A DNA stretch of 64,000 nt from Clostridia bacterium (lineage in GTDB: Bacteria > Bacillota > Clostridia > Christensenellales > Aristaeellaceae), in the NCBI GenBank assembly GCA_017470945.1, contig JAFUXH010000100.1, positions 1,084 through 65,083 of the forward strand. The letters run 5' to 3'. This document shows, in pieces, positions 62,800 through 64,000 of the stretch. The position numbers were made by a program, and so were the translations under genes. Numbering within the stretch: the stretch's first letter is position 1; the number at the start of each line of letters is the position of its first letter. The notes under the pieces were generated by a model, which did not search any database, was not told where the DNA came from, and was given only the letters and a program-made list of their open reading frames with translations.

Positions 62800-63774
62800 T
62801 TACAAATTCGCCAGCACACCCGTTTTCATGGCTGCATCCAGCACTTCCTTATCTTCCAAGCCCTCTAAATATCGCTGTGTGATCGCAACACTTTCATGTC
62901 CCATCACTCTTGACAGGCTGTATAAATCCAGCCCGTTTTTTAATTGCATCTGCGCAAAGGTGTGCCGCAGGGTATGGGGAGAAACGCGGATTTGTTCATT
63001 CACGCCTACATCCTTTGCGGCCTTTTTCAGAAATTTCGTTACCGCTTCGGGCGTCAGCTTTTTGCCTGTCCGCGAAACGAAATAATAGCTTTCGGGAAAC
63101 TTGATCCCTTCAAAGAAGTATTCCCGCGCGGCATTGTACTGCATCATGGCTTTTGCCAGATACGGCGAAACGGGCACAAGCCTTTCCTTTGCCCCTTTGC
63201 CATGCACAAGGATGAAATCATCGTGTATTTGTTCCGGCTTCAATGTCAGTACTTCGCTCAACCGCATCCCCGTATCAAAGAACAGGGCAATCATCGTCCG
63301 ATTGCGAATATCAAGAAAATCCCTGCCGTTAAAATACGTTAGCATTTTCCGAACTTCGGAATTGTTGAAAGTCAGGATTTTCACTTTCGGCTGTTTCATG
63401 TTCTTGATGTTCGCCGTGGGGCGTTCTTTCACATAGCCCTCTTTCTTGCAATAGTTGAAAAAGGTTTTGAACGCTTTGAGCAAGTCATTGATGTACCGCG
63501 CCTTGCGGCCCTGATCGTCCTTCATGGCAAGGAAGTGCTTGATGTGAATGCTCTTGACCGCTTCAACTTCCGTGATCCCAAATTCGTTTTCCAAATACCG
63601 TTGCAGATATTTCAACTGCTTTTGATAATTGGAGATCGTTTTTGGTGACAGCTTCCGAATCTTGCAATCAAACCCGAACTCTTGAATCCCATCCGCCATT
63701 GTCATAGAAAAAACCCTCTTTCCGTCCTGTTTTACCAGTTGGAAAGAGGGTAAGATGCCTATCGTAGTTGACAA
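62800..63774 (-). CDS. tyrosine recombinase / phage-type integrase
   Basis: SAM-like N-domain. Catalytic R (GMRLSEV), HTLRHTF, GHESVAITQRYL. 324 aa. Confidence 0.9.
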   Translation of the reverse strand: MSTTIGILPSFQLVKQDGKRVFSMTMADGIQEFGFDCKIRKLSPKTISNYQKQLKYLQRYLENEFGITEVEAVKSIHIKHFLAMKDDQGRKARYINDLLKAFKTFFNYCKKEGYVKERPTANIKNMKQPKVKILTFNNSEVRKMLTYFNGRDFLDIRNRTMIALFFDTGMRLSEVLTLKPEQIHDDFILVHGKGAKERLVPVSPYLAKAMMQYNAAREYFFEGIKFPESYYFVSRTGKKLTPEAVTKFLKKAAKDVGVNEQIRVSPHTLRHTFAQMQLKNGLDLYSLSRVMGHESVAITQRYLEGLEDKEVLDAAMKTGVLANL

Positions 63775-63875
63775 GTAAGAAGCCTTCCTTGCCTACGCGC
63801 ATTCAGCAGCTTTTTTCATACTTCCGCTTATCCTTCGCGGCTTCTCAAAGGCCCGAAAACCCTTGATTTTCCTGA

Positions 63876-64000
63876 TTATTTCAGCTCGGCGAAATATTTG
63901 ATCGTCCGAACCATCTGCGAAGTATAGCTGTTCTCGTTGTCGTACCAGGACACGACCTGCACCTGGGCGGTGTCGTCGTCGATCTTGGTGACCATGGTCT
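63876..64000 (-). CDS. gap: glyceraldehyde-3-phosphate dehydrogenase, 3' end (gene continues beyond the window)
   Basis: ...TMVTKIDDDTAQVQVVSWYDNENSYTSQMVRTIKYFAELK*. The SWYDNE motif is diagnostic of the GAPDH C-terminus. Confidence 0.85.
   Translation of the reverse strand, partial: TMVTKIDDDTAQVQVVSWYDNENSYTSQMVRTIKYFAELK

Larger units (their letters stand above)
54086..63983. mobile_element. ~9.9 kb integrative (possibly mobilizable) element inserted in the 3' end of gap
   Basis: 33-nt perfect direct repeat at 54086-54118 and 63951-63983. Tyrosine integrase at one end. Visibly lower G+C. Contains ArdC, Rep-like, XRE, RHH and toxin-antitoxin genes. Confidence 0.8.

Overview
High-GC (over 60% by eye) Firmicutes-type chromosome segment, probably a Clostridia/Oscillospiraceae-like gut anaerobe (taxon is a guess). 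It is densely coding. Many long antisense ORFs in the six-frame track are GC-driven shadows of the real genes.

Content from left to right:
1. Housekeeping genes (AraC/GyrI regulator, SpoU methyltransferase, pepT, solitary mazF).
2. A small rhamnogalacturonan-type cluster: SGNH acetylesterase, polysaccharide deacetylase, GH105, LacI, rhaM.
3. tcdA, a DUF1858 protein and a metallophosphoesterase.
4. An operon of M20 amidohydrolase, Opp-type peptide importer and a C39-like peptidase. It is preceded by a Cys/Met-rich 29-codon leader ORF and an intrinsic terminator, a candidate sulfur-amino-acid attenuator.
5. A ZIP transporter.
6. A ~27 kb locus with 13 esterase/serine-hydrolase genes. It also has a YesM/YesN-type two-component system, a LacI regulator, an LplABC-type sugar importer and a MATE pump. 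Its only glycoside-cleaving enzyme is a GH13_18 sucrose-phosphorylase-like protein.
7. GerMN protein, an AAA ATPase, an HExxH membrane protein and a secreted protein.
8. A ~9.9 kb lower-GC integrative element inserted in the 3' end of gap (GAPDH), with a 33-nt att core. It carries a tyrosine integrase, serine recombinase, ArdC, an XRE switch, a Rep-like protein, HepT/MntA and AT-rich membrane-protein cargo.

Three families of structured intergenic repeats occur, mostly between convergent genes. No rRNA, tRNA or CRISPR was seen. All coordinates, alignments and motif calls were made by eye from the sequence and ORF track.
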